The notes under the pieces were generated by a model. The model was not told the origin of the DNA. It made no database searches and was given only the letters and a program-made list of their open reading frames with translations. DNA of 63,101 nt, counting the filler. It is 15 parts of 15 records of this genome, joined end to end, with 100 filler letters (N's around TTAATTAATTAA, not from the genome) between each part and the next. Parts side by side here need not be neighbours in the genome. Positions count along the whole stretch, not along the records: positions 46,080 to 49,182 come from SRR15195285_6094; positions 49,283 to 55,323 come from SRR15195285_6129; positions 55,424 to 59,641 come from SRR15195285_6136; 12 more parts are not named here. One strand, 5' to 3'. Positions 46,211-58,350 of the stretch are shown piece by piece. The position numbers and the translations under genes were made by a program. Position 1 is the first letter of the stretch; each line of letters opens with the position of its first letter.

Positions 46211-47502
46211 ATGTGGGTCAAGATCGGCGGCGTGCTGTGCCCTGGCTTGGAGTCGCTACCACGGCTTCGCGTCGCTGGGACGCCACGGGACCAACCATCG
46301 GCGGTCGAGTGCCCGATGATGCTGCCGACGGACCTCAGTGCGTCGTGGATGACACGGGTACTCTTTGCTGGTGGCTACATCGGTCCGCAGTCCCCAGTGG
46401 TGGCGGCGCACGGTGCGATCGTGCACGCGATCGAGTCCATGACTGACATTAGCGATGATGGAACGGTGTGGCGAGTCAAGGTCACCTACGGTGTGGCCCG
46501 GGGCACGCGGCTGGATCTAGAGTCACAGCTTGCGGCGCGGCTGCCCGACTCCTTCATCCTCAAGCTGTACGATGATGCGCCAAGCGACACTGCCCGCGGC
46601 CACAATGAAAGTATGCTTTCGCGCGCACCCACCCCAGCGCACGAGCCGATATGTTTCTGGAGCTGCTTAAATCCGACGCCTGGGACGGGGGTGATGCCAC
46701 TGGTGGATCCGTCCACGGTCTCGCTGTTGAGCTGGCTTCGGGACGAAGAGTGGTGCGCGTTTGACCCTGAGATCAAGCGGAGGTATGCGCGCGAGGCGCG
46801 CGAGCGGAGACAGGCGGAGCGGGAACGGCGTCAGGCCGAGCGGGAAGCGCATGAAGCTGAGCAACAGCGGCGCAGGGACGCCGGTGAGGACTCCGAGGAC
46901 GCAGAGGAAGACGACGAAGAAGATGAAGACGATGAGGAGGATGAGGTGCGCATACAGCGGACGACGCTTTGACCTTCCGTGTATCGCTTCGAGCACGCCG
47001 AGTCTAGGGAAAGTGTTGCTGCAATTCATGTCGAGTAGACGATGGTGCCAATCGTTGCTGCGTCCTGACGGCGAACGTTGCGGATGTACTGCAACACCGC
47101 AGGACGATGACTGGGAGGAGACTGAGGAGGACGAGGAGGAGGATGATGCAGCAAGCGGAGACTCGGACTCACTTGTAATCCATGAGCGATACGAGAAGAA
47201 GCTACGAAATGTGTTCGGTGCGTACGGTGCACTTCTTCCAGACGTGTCTGCGTCCTGTGTCCGCTTGCTTCTCGCTTCCCTTGAACTGTGCCCTTTGCGT
47301 ATTGTAACCACCTGGGTTTTCTACAGGTACTCGTACCGACATCCGGGCGTACCTGAAAGTTCTCGAGCGGCAGTATATTTTTCGTAGTGGCGCTGTTGAT
47401 CAGACGCACATCGATACTATCATGGCGAACAAGGAAAAATGCTTAAGGCTCACTGCTCCGAGAATGCTGACCGCGGCAGTGCTGCTCGAGGACATCGAGT
47501 AA
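46211..47502 (+). CDS. Hypothetical protein with an APH/EcKL-kinase N-lobe-like start and acidic tracts (3 exons; start uncertain)
   Basis: LPTDLSASWMTRVL..VWRVKVTY..LPDSFILKL, then charged and acidic runs. Two GT-AG introns give a terminal exon ..AVLLEDIE*. Confidence 0.5.
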
Positions 47503-47729
47503 ACACGACACGAATGCGCAGCATGTGTGGTAGGCTAACATGAAAGAATAGCCGCCGTCTTTCAGCCTGCCAAACCAGGTTGCAGTACAGCGTATGCAGT
47601 TGTAGGTGTGGTCCCATGCCGGTGGGCGAACAGTTGATATGCATTTGATACATTTCCTGAACGTCGGTACCAACCGTTGGTACGCTGCCCAAAGAAGCAC
47701 CTGCTGCTTGTAGATCTCGGCCTCAGCAA

Positions 47730-48964
47730 TTACTGTTGCTTGTAGATGTCGACCAGCTTGGCGATGCACGCCGAGCTGTCGAGGTCCTCGACAAGATCAA
47801 AGAGTGACGACTTTTTGCCGTCGTACACAACTTGCGGGTCCACTGACCAATCCGCAAGGACAGACTCCGGAACGCCTGCAGCGATGGCCGCCTTGCCGAA
47901 TGGATCGGTGCTGATTGAGTGGGTGCTGCGCAGCCAGTTGCAGCGTTCGGCCATGGCCTCGAAGGGTGACGCAGATGCGTGCACGCCGTTGTCTCCGACA
48001 TCACACGGACCGGGGAGGCCAAGACTCTCCCACTGCGCTGCGATTTGGCCGCGCAGGGAGGCCGCTGGAGCGTCCACGGGGTCGGTCGGTCCGAGCCCTT
48101 GGCCGCGGAAATCAGCCCAGCTCGTCTTGTCCTCAGGCCACTCAACCACAAACTAAGCGCCACGCACAGTCCACAGTGTGAGCCTCACGACGACGGCCGA
48201 GTAGAGCTAGGTTGGTATGGATGCGCAGTGGGCAGTCTTACCCAGTTGATCTTCGCGTCGCCGGTGTACTTGCCGCGCATCTCCATGAAGAAGCCGTTGA
48301 AGATGTAAATGCCGTCAATGAAGGCGCAGTAGAATCCTCCGCCGAACTTGATGAGATCACCGGCTTTCTTGGCTGCGCCCCACTTCTTGTCGAGGGCTGC
48401 CCCGTCGATTCCGAGGTGTTTGCATGCCTGCAAGGCGTTGAACACCTTGCCGCTGTCCAATGCCTCCTGCCAACCAAGGCCGAACTTGCCAGCGAACTTG
48501 TCGGCCGGAACGTTCAGTTCCTTCGGCTCCAGGATAGTGGCCTTGGAGGCGATTGAGTAGTAGTGGTTGTCGATCAGCTGCTTGGAGTCGATCACCGAGC
48601 CAGTTAGTTCGCCCTCCGCGAGGACCTTAAAGCCCTTCTCCTCGAGCCCAGACTTGACCAGGGCTTTCGCCGGCCCAGTGGCCGCGTGCGGCTTTAAGAA
48701 GACGAACGCGGAGTTGTACGGGGGGCACTCGCTGTACTCCGGCGGGCCTGCAAACATCGTGTTGTACCCTTGGTAGGCGACGGCCGCAACCAGCCCCGCG
48801 CCGGCGACCTGGAGGATGGTTTCCGTGGTGTCCGCCCGCGCCGGCTCAGCGACGGCGAAACCGACCACGGCGCTGCCCCCAAGCACCAGCGCAGTGCGCG
48901 GCGTGATTCTCAAGCCACCACGCCCCAGCATTGCCGCCGAGCGCATCGTGCGACCTCCAAACAT
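47730..48964 (-). CDS. Atypical nucleoside diphosphate kinase-like protein with mitochondrial-type leader and TM (2 exons)
   Basis: NSAFVFLKPHA; IDNHYYSIASKA; LGPTDP..SLRG; NGVHASASPFEAMAER (phospho-His motif). Confidence 0.85.
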
Positions 48965-49708
48965 CACAGCCCGCCGACACGCCCGCCGACACGCCCGGCG
49001 ACAGACAGCCCCAACGCGCCACCTCGCCGCGGGATCGGGCGATCGGTACCGGCGGGGACCCGAACACCCGATACTGGTACTCGCTTACATGTTCTAATGT
49101 ACTGCTTACTCCGGTGTGTACTAGTACACACATTACAGATTACTCGGTAGAGCCAAGGGTAGACTCAACTGGGTTGGTCACTNNNNNNNNNNNNNNNNNN
49201 NNNNNNNNNNNNNNNNNNNNNNNNNNTTAATTAATTAANNNNNNNNNNNNNNNNNNNNNNNNNNNNNNNNNNNNNNNNNNNNCAGAATCGATCATTTTTT
49301 GGTGAATCATCTCGTGGTGAGGGCTGATGAGGCAAGTGCACTCATGCGATCAGGCGCAGTCCATCAGTCCATCAGACGTCTCCAGATCTCAAGAACAACG
49401 CGAAATTCAGTACTGACGCCCGAAAAAAAAGCGAGTCGAGGTGGTCGGAGGGGTGTGCTCCAGTCATTTCCACACGGAGTTCTCGGTACCGTCCGCTCCC
49501 GACGATTCCCCGGAAGCAGCAGAGACCTTGAGTCACAGGCGGGTCCAGAACCATAATAATCTCAATACTGGTCTGCGAACAAAACCAGTGTCTTGGGACG
49601 GTCCGCGGAGTCTTCTGCATTCATCAGTGAGTTCTATGTACTCTACAAGAATCCAGCACACGTGGCCGTCCAGGGGCAATTTTGAGCCGTAATTTTGAGG
49701 CGACCACC

Positions 49709-51409
49709 ATGCGGCGGAAGAGGGCGAGCAAGTCGGCGGAGGTGTCCGAGCCGCTGCTCGAGATGGGTGGCTCGGCGGGCGCTAAGGCGCCGGTGGCGAA
49801 GTCGAAGGCGGAGTGGACGAAGGACTCGGAGCAGAGCAGCTGCAGTGGCTGCGAGAAAGGCTTCACTCTCAAGCGGCGGAAGCACCACTGTCGACACTGC
49901 GGCGGGCTGTTCTGCAACGACTGCTGCAGCACGAAATTTAAGCGGAGCCTGGCCGTCGGCGACGGCGATGCGACTAAGGCAGTTCGGGTCTGCAACCTCT
50001 GCTGGCACTCGCTCGAACTCCTGTCCGACGGCCCGCTAGACTCCGAGTCGCCCCTCGCCATGGTGACGAGCAACGACGAGGGGCACCAGCCTCAGGGCCA
50101 GATACTCGCGCTGATCGCAGTGGCCAAGCACGGAACCGAAGATGCCCAGAGTGCGTTGGCCCGTAAGGTGGCCGAGCGGCTGCAGGAGCCGGCAATTCCG
50201 ATCAAACTGAAGTGCCTGAGACTCATAAGCTTGCTGGCCGAGGACAGTAGCCCGCATTTCCAGAGCCTGCTCAAACACGACGCAACCTCCGCCGTCCGCG
50301 CCCTCACACGATTCACAGTGGCACCGGATCCAGAGCTTGGGGACAAGCCGGCGCAGGCGTGTCGGAACGCGGCGATGAAGTGCTTGGCAGTGTTGGAAGA
50401 GTTGGCGGAGACACATGCCGTCATTGGACGACCGAAGGTCGCGCAGCGGACGGACGCGAACTCGATGAAGTCGGCAATGAGGATCGCGAAGCGCCGAGCT
50501 GGCGCGGAGTGGGACGCGTATACAGCGGAGCAGAAGCGGGTGGCGATAGAAAACGTCGGCGAAGAATCGCCGCAAGGGCCACCCGGACAGGAGGACGGCG
50601 CATCGCCCGGCACACGACGGGCGAGAACGGCGCCGACTGGCCAGGCCAAAGCGGTTGGTGCGGCTGACTTCGGGTAAGCGCTCATTTTCACTTTGCGGAG
50701 ACATTTCTGCTGCTACGTTTGCGATTGCTCATCCTCGGTTGGCCGATCGGTTGCCTGGATTGCAACCCGCAGGGCTTTGCTGGGAGAGGCAGATGTCACA
50801 CCTGCAGGGAACGGCCCTGGGCTGGACAGGGCTGGAGGACCCGTCGCCGTCGGTCGGGCAGGCAAGCATCGTAGCGGCTTGGGCGCCAGTCGACCGGTGT
50901 CACCAGATCGTGCGGCGGTTGGGGCGCGCGGTGGTGGCCAGATGGACGCGCAGCAGCAACTGCAAGCCAACCGTCTCGATTATAATCAGGCAGAAATCGA
51001 ACGACGGGACGAGGAGATGGCCAACATGGAACAGACGGTCGATGGTGTGTCGGGTGTCGTAGATTTGTCGCACCTTCTCATCGCCACAGCGTTCAGCTGT
51101 CTTCGCTCCGGAGAGTACGGTGCTGCGCTCAGAGCGTGTGTGCTGTGCTGACCTGCACTTGCAGATATCAAGGAGGTCTTCGCAGATCTTGCTGTACTTG
51201 TGCACGATCAAGACGAGCAGATTGATACCGTCGAAGAGAATGTAGGCCAGGTGGTGAAGATGACGGAGGAGGCGGGTGAGGAACTTTTGGCAGCAGAGCG
51301 ATATCAAACGAGCAACCGGAAGTGCAAATTGGTGTTGTTCCTAATCGTCCTGGTCGGTGTACTCGTGATTCTGTGGCGGATCATTCGAGGAGGAGGGTCA
51401 ACGGAATGA
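49709..51409 (+). CDS. Syntaxin (Qa-SNARE + TM) with N-terminal FYVE finger and tepsin-type ENTH domain (3 exons)
   Basis: FYVE WTKD..RRKHHCRHCG..VRVC; ENTH IKLKCLRLI..PDPELGDKP; introns 50674-50772 and 51045-51164 are in phase; SNARE IERRDEEM..DIKEVFADLAVLVHDQDEQIDTVEEN..ERYQ followed by a TM segment. Confidence 0.87.
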
Positions 51410-51911
51410 ACAAACTGGCCACCGCCAGCCTGCGAAAATGCATGCGCACAGAACGACTTTGCGTGCGCATGCCATCGTCGACGCTTCGACTGATCCATGA
51501 GGGTGCCGATGTAGGCGCCAGCACTACTTCGATCGTTGCTGTCTGGTGCTTCTGATGCATCGGAATGAAAGAGTGGTAGTAAACGCAGGTGTGGCATAGT
51601 GCAGGAGAAGCGCAGGGTGCCCGCTGGTACAGCTTGTGGCGAGCAGCCTCCGTCGTGAGTTGGTCGCCAGTCTGTTGAATACAACCAACTATGTGCTCAG
51701 CATGAAAAGGTGCAGATTAAGGCACTGTCTAGTGGTGCTCATTGTCAATGAATGACGAAGTAAAATCAAGGTTGTTGTCCCAATAGCGTGATCCACGGCT
51801 CCATGTGATTGGGCCGAAAGCGTGATTCCATTGCTGGATCGCACAGCCAATACATATCGACACCTCCCCAAGATGATCGACTGCCAATCGGAAGCAACTT
51901 AAACAGAGCCA

Positions 51912-54252
51912 TCAGTGTAGCGGCGGCTGCGGGACGTGGACAGCAAGTGGCGCGTGAGCGTCAACTGGTTCCGCCATTGCAGCTGGGGCGGCCACGGCGG
52001 ATGCCGTCGTGATATTGGCCGGGATAGGTGGCATTGGCGGTGCAGTCGCATTTGTTGGAGTGGCCATGGTCACCGCAGCTGCCGAAGCCATCGTATTACT
52101 GCTCTGCCTTGCAGCTGTTGTCGCCGTAGACTGCAGACGGCTTTGCATCTCAGCTGCATGGATCAGCTGCACGTCGCTTGCCGTTGCAGGAACAGCGCTC
52201 GGGATTGCGGACGCGTGCGCATGAGCGTACGAGACCGATTGCGGTCGACCAATCGCCGCTTGGACAGCCAAACCGGTCACGGTCGGTTCTATGGCTGCAG
52301 CTGTGGAGGTCGGTGGCGGCGCCTGTACAATCTGCTGCTGTCGATGCAGAGCGTGCATCGGCTGCATTGGCTGCATTGGCTGCAACTGCTGCACTGGGTG
52401 CACATGGTGCACATGGTGCACATGGTGCATCTGCTGCATCTGCTGCATCTGTTGCATCTGTTGCATCTGTTGCATCTGCATTTGCTGAACCGTCGTCATG
52501 TGGCGGATCTGCTGCACATGCGACACTTTCACTTGTGACATACGAGGAGGGCCACTATCCGGCGGCGGAGCGTGCGGTACCAACAACGGACCGGCGAGCT
52601 GGGCTGAAAACTGCGGTGGCTGCGAGCCCCCAACCGGCGGCCGACCTAACAACGCAGAAGACATCGGCTGAGGTTGACCGAGCTGGGTAGCTGTCAGACC
52701 GAGTATTTCGCCAGGGTGATGTGCTGGGATCGCTTGAACGGCTGCCGCTGAGGCTGCTGCAGTTGCGATAGCAGCTTGGGCGGCCGCCTGCTTCTTTCGG
52801 CCGACCATGCTGATCGCTCCCGGATGGTTATTGCCGGCGGCACAACCAGAGCACCAGCGGCGTTTCATCTCAGGGTCACTCTCGAGGCCGTAACTCGCGC
52901 TCTTCTTTGGGTGCGGACAGTCCTCACAGAGGCTGCGCCGGGTAACGTTCACCGCACCAACGTGGCCGTTCGATTTGGCGCACCCGCCACACCACCGTTT
53001 CTTTCGATCGGAGTCATACCCGAAGCCTGCGTTCTTCTTCCCGCAATCCTCGCACATCTTTGCACCCAAGATGACGGCCTCCGTGTGCCCGAACTTTTTT
53101 ACACACCCGCCGCACCATCGACGTTTCGTCTGCCCTGATATACCCCAGGCCGCTATCTTGTCGACGCAATGTTCGCACATACGCCCAGAGGCCATGAGGT
53201 ACACAGTCCCTTCTTTGTGCCCGTTCGCCTTGACACAGCTGCCGCACCACCGCATCTTGCGATCGGCAGCAGCCCCGAACGATGCGTGCTTGAAACCACA
53301 GTCCTCGCACATCATCGCGCTTGCAAGATTGACGAGTTTCTGATCCGTCTTGTTCGTTGCGCAGCTCCCACACCATCGACGCTTCTGTTGCGCAGCAAGC
53401 GAGGACCAGTGCGGTCAGGTTCGGGCAACGCGGTGCGCGCGGGTTTCGGAGGAAAGGCTGGAGGTTCAAGCTCTGCTAGCATACCTTGTCCGGCTCTACA
53501 CCGAACGTCGCTTGCTTATCGTTGCAATCCTCGCATAGCTTGACCCCGATGATGGTGGCCCCCTTGTGCCCGTTCGTCTTCACACAGCTGCCGCACCAGC
53601 GCCGCTTCTTGTTCGTTCCATCTCCCCACGCCGCACGCTTTTTGTTGCAGTCTTCGCACATGTACCGCTTCCCGAGGTACTGCGCCCCTGTGTGCTCCTT
53701 TGTCTTCGCGCAGCTGCTGCACCACCGCTTTTTCTGGTCGTTGTGCGTCCCGAAAGACGCCATCTTGACGCCACAGTCCTCGCACATCTTGGCGTTGACA
53801 TTCACGGCGTCCGGGTGCCCATTGCTCTTCGCGCAGGCTCCGCACCAGCGGCGCTTCCTGTCCTCCTTCATCCCAAACGACGCATGCTTCACCCCGCAGT
53901 CCGTGCAGATCGCCGTGGTGTTCGGCTTCTTGATTGTCGGCATCATCCCAGCCGCGCTAGTGTGGTGGTGGATCACACCCGCGGATGCGTGCCCGGAGAA
54001 CGCGGCGGTCACCGACGGCGGCAGAGCTCCGCCTTGCTGACTACTGGCGGCGGTGCTCACTACCGTGCTCGCCGGAACCACCCCGACGCTCACGTGGTTC
54101 TCCACCCCATCCCTCCCATACTCCACCGGCTGCGACTCCAACACCTTCCGCCGCTTGACGTCCTGCAGCCCGATGACCTGCTGCGGCACGGCGCTCACCA
54201 CGGCCACCATCGTCGGTACGCCCCCACTGCTGCTATGCAGCGGCTCTTCCAT
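51912..54252 (-). CDS. Protein with 8 tandem Cys/His zinc-type repeats (EsV-1-7-like) and a Q/M/H/A-rich low-complexity tail (2 exons)
   Basis: Unit consensus MCEDC..K.A.FG....K.RWC..C.K..GH..AV. An in-phase intron at about 53385-53484 joins two halves of repeat 4. Confidence 0.85.
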
Positions 54253-55128
54253 GCTAAATGTTCGGTGTGCGGCGAGCAGCAGGGCCAGCACCGCCGCGCC
54301 AATGGCGGGGTGGGCCACCAGCACGCCCTGCTACACCTGCAACAGCGCCGGACGGCAAGTGACGTGCGTCACCACGCTCCTCACTGACCACAGCCCAACG
54401 CCCCACCTCCCCGCCGCCTACAGCATTGTCTGCAGCGCATTCGCTGCAGCAGCGCGGCGCCGACTGCTTAAAAAGACGTAATATGGCGTCGACTGTGTGG
54501 CGGCTAGCGTGCTTTTGCCCCGCCCGTGGCCATCAGCGGATGATGATGATGACTTCGCCCAGTACTGGAATTCTGGGGTATTTTGAGAGGGACCAACTTT
54601 CTGTCCGAATTTCGGACGGAAATGAAGTGACTTGCTCCGGGATTCTGACTGATCTTCTGTGTACACAGCGGGTTCGGACTACAGTGACACGGTGGTCGAT
54701 TTAGCCGGATTCCTGTGCCCGGATGGATCCCCTGCTCACGATTTGTCAGAACGATACGAATTTCAGGAGTGACGTGCGGAAAAAATGCAGCGACTCGTAA
54801 GTCAACAGACCCCAATCGCTGTCTCAGTGATGATCTCCGATGCCTGTACCCGGTAGATCTAGGAATTCCTATGCTGTCCCTCTTTTTTTCTTGAGAGCGC
54901 TTCAGCGCATGCTTCAGCGGAATCGACCGAGGGGAACGGAACGCAGCCCGCAAAAATCGAAGGTCTTGCAAATCGAGAGGATTCTCCGAGATAAATACCG
55001 GTATTTATACACTCGGAGAATCCTCTCGCCGGCGCTCCACTGGTGTCTTCCCGCACCGCCCAACCCGCCGCCTGCCGCTCGCTCCCCTGCTCCGTGGTTT
55101 AGCTCCTCCAACAGATACCAAAGGAAAG

Positions 55129-55323
55129 ATGGCTGACCCGTCCTGGACGTCCGCCGATGTGGCGAAGGCGCTGTGCGATGCGCTGGTCGCCTCGGGCAAG
55201 CTGAGGGCCAACCCGGGCTTCATCCGCGAGGATCGCGAGGCCAAGATCGCAACTGTTTTCGAGTACGCACGTTTGCCTCTGATGCACCGCGCGCCGGCTC
55301 CCCCCCCCCCCCCCCCCCCCCCC
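55129..55323 (+). CDS. Possible 5' end of a gene, truncated at poly-C
   Basis: MADPSWTSADVAKALCDALVASGKLRANPGFIREDREAKIATVFE; divergent from the zinc-repeat gene. Confidence 0.4.
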
Positions 55324-55718
55324 NNNNNNNNNNNNNNNNNNNNNNNNNNNNNNNNNNNNNNNNNNNNTTAATTAATTAANNNNNNNNNNNNNNNNNNNNN
55401 NNNNNNNNNNNNNNNNNNNNNNNTTGACTGGGGCGAAAAAGCGGACTTTCGGACACACTTGCCCCATTCTATTGAGTGGTACAGCTCGTAACGGCTGATA
55501 ACGGCTGAGATGTGGAGATGCTCGAGATGGGGGTGGTGATGGCGGTGGAGCAGTAGCTGCCCTTCGACGGTCGGCGCTGACGATAGTAGTGACGCCGCAG
55601 CAGCTGTGCGGTGCGCGAGCAGCGGCGCGGCAGTGGGGGGTCAGCAGCTGTGTGCTCGCAGTGGTGCGGCAGTGGGGGGGTCAGGTACTGTGCGCGAGCT
55701 GCCCTCCGTATCCGCGGG

Positions 55719-58194
55719 ATGGGTCGCTCCTCGAAGAAGCAGGCGAAGCACGCCAAGAAAGTCCTCGGCTTCTACCGCCAGGCGTTCGGGCTCGAGCGGC
55801 CATACCAGCTCATCCTCCACGGCGGATTTATCCAGCACTGCCTGGGGCAGAAGGTCTTCTTTCGGGAGCAGCTCATTGAGCTGCACGATGGCCCGGTCAC
55901 ACTGCACGTCACACGTGACACGCGACAGGAGCTGCGGAAGCTGGGCCCGAGCCACGACGGTGCGGCGGTAGTATGCAAGCGACTCATAAACCTGGCCTAC
56001 GAGGCACCGACGGACTCAGAAGACGACGAAGACGCGGCGACAGCGCATGAAGATTCACAGACGCCAACGGACATGGAGGCCACGCTGGACATGGTCGAAG
56101 ATGAGAGTGACAGTGCAGCGGACGACGATGACAGCGACGAGGCCGAGGACGAAGCGCCCACGCCCACGAAGCTGTCGAAAGGGCAGAGGCGGCGGCGTGC
56201 TCTGAATGTACACAAGGCCAGGGAGCGTGCACGGCTCGAAGAGGAAGCCGAGGCCGCGCGGCACCCAGACCCCGCGTTCGCAGGTACCAACCACACGCTG
56301 CGGGCGTTGATGCGTGAAAATCCGGGCCAGTACATTCTGGCAGTACAGGATGCTCCGCTACGAGCGCAGCTGCGGCGTATTCCTGGTGTGCCCATCGTGT
56401 ACGTTGACAAGGGTTCGGGCATGATTTGCTTCGAACAACCCTCCAAGGCCTCGGAGCGATGGGCTGCCCGGGTTGAGCACAGCAAGCAGGTTGCGAGCGA
56501 GGCCGAGCAAAAGCTCTTCGGTGGGCAACTCGTCGACATCTTGGAGAAAGCAGCTGAGAGTCAGTTGAAGAAGTACGGCAACCACTATCCAGTTGTTATC
56601 GTTGCTTGCTGTTCGATGCATCGCTTGCCTGTTTAACCATCGTGGCCCGATTTGCCTTGCTGCGTTGCCGCAGACGGAAGCAGAAGGGTGTCAATCCTCT
56701 AGCCGCCAAAAAGAAGCAGAAGAAGATGGAGCCGGCGCAGCAAGCGACGAGCGGACGACGCGCTGATGATTGTGCTGAAACTGAGGTATCAGTCCGGCAG
56801 CTGCGTCAGCGTGAGCGGCAGAGGCGCCGGGTCAGGCAGCGCGTGCGACACAAGCGCCCGGCGGCCGAGCCCGTGAGCACCGATGGAGATGATGCCAACG
56901 AGCTGATCAGTGGAGAGACCAGTGAGGAGGAGGACGAGGACGAGGACGAGGAGGACGAGCAGGAGCAGGAGCAGGAGGACGACGAGGACGACGAGGCGGA
57001 TGAATCGTCGAGCGCTGACTCGGCAAGTGAAACTGACAGCGGAGATGACTCTCAGAAAGATGAGAGAGCAACAAGCGGAAACGTTGGAGAGCACCGGCAG
57101 CAGGATGAAGCATGGAAGCAGCCCTTGGAAAGCCTGCGCTGCTACTGCTCGTTAGTACCCGACACCCAGCTCTTTGGCAAAGGCAAGCGGCACTTTGAGC
57201 GCGGCCCCACAGCAAAGTATCCAAACCGTGGTCGGAAGTTCTTCTGCTGTGGACAGGGGATGGCTGTGCTTCGCACACGCTGCAGTTACTTTGCCTGGGC
57301 AGAGCCTCCAATTGAAAAGCAAGCACCAAAATTTGACAGTGACGCCACTTTGTCCGATAAGCTGTTGCAGATGGCACGGGCTGAGCAGAGCTCAGGAAAA
57401 GGAAGCTCTAGCAGCGCGACCAAACCAGCGACAACAATGGAAGACATGAAAAATCTGACACCAGCGGCGGCTCTACGCAAGCTAAAGAAGCTTGACAGAC
57501 AAATCGCTGAACTGGCGAAGAAAGCTGCTGACGGAGCAGAACTGACAGAGGACCAGAAAGCAAAGCTAGGACGCGAGAGTGATGTCAAAAAGATGCTCGT
57601 GGACGCGGAGAAGGCTGCGGTGAAGGCTGCCTTTGCAGCACCTCAGCTTGTTATCAGGCAAGCACCTCAACAACCAGAAACAGAAGCTGAGATGACGGTA
57701 AATCATGGTCAGGTGGATGGAGACAAGGACGGTCCCGCGAAGGAAGAAGCTACAGCAGCAACAGAAATGACAATCGCCTCCTCGTCGGTACCGGCACCGG
57801 CGGCGCGCGAAGGTGGATTTCTTGCAACCGGTGCAATTTCGGGCATGGATCCTGTCTCTATTTGGTACACTGCGGTGGCGAACTGGATCCGTTCCAAACC
57901 CTCAGGCGGCACTGGGTTGGGTGAGTCGATTCCTTCCGTGTCCACCCAAGCTCAGTGCACTCATTACCACCCACAAATGGCAGTTGCGAGATTGTATCTG
58001 CGAGGTCGTGTTAGTCAGTATATGCAAACGCTGGTACCCCCTTGAGACAAGGTAAGACTGCCTGTGTGCTTTTCGCAGGTTCATTGGGTAGTGCAGTTCC
58101 GCCTCCGCCTGGTGCCCCCAAGCTGAAAAAGCTCATTCTCAGAGCCAAGCATCTCCGAATCTTGCCAGATGGACAAGTCGAACTTATGGAGTAG
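55719..58194 (+). CDS. UTP23: UTP23 (Fcf1/PIN) fused to a GRF zinc finger, a PYM/eIF2A-like helical hairpin and a possible small HTH (3 exons)
   Basis: FYRQAFGLERPYQLIL; YILAVQDAPLRAQLRRIPGVP; KGVNPL..KKK; GRF LRCYC..PNRGRKFFCC..RCSYFAW. Introns 56573-56673 and 57921-58078 are in phase. Confidence 0.85.
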
Positions 58195-58350
58195 CACTCG
58201 GGTGGTATGCGTCATAATTCAGTGCATTGGATCATATCGTCGCAACTTTTGTGTGGCCCAGCGCAGTAGCAGCTAACGCTGAAGTGCATACCATGGACAA
58301 CGCACCGCGAACTTCACTTGTGCATGGCTGGCAGTCATTCGTGGCTTGGC

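Noticed and set aside
52291-52488. Plus-strand CIC/CTW-repeat metallothionein-like ORF
   Set aside because: It is the antisense shadow of the QM/HV repeat in the minus-strand zinc-repeat gene.
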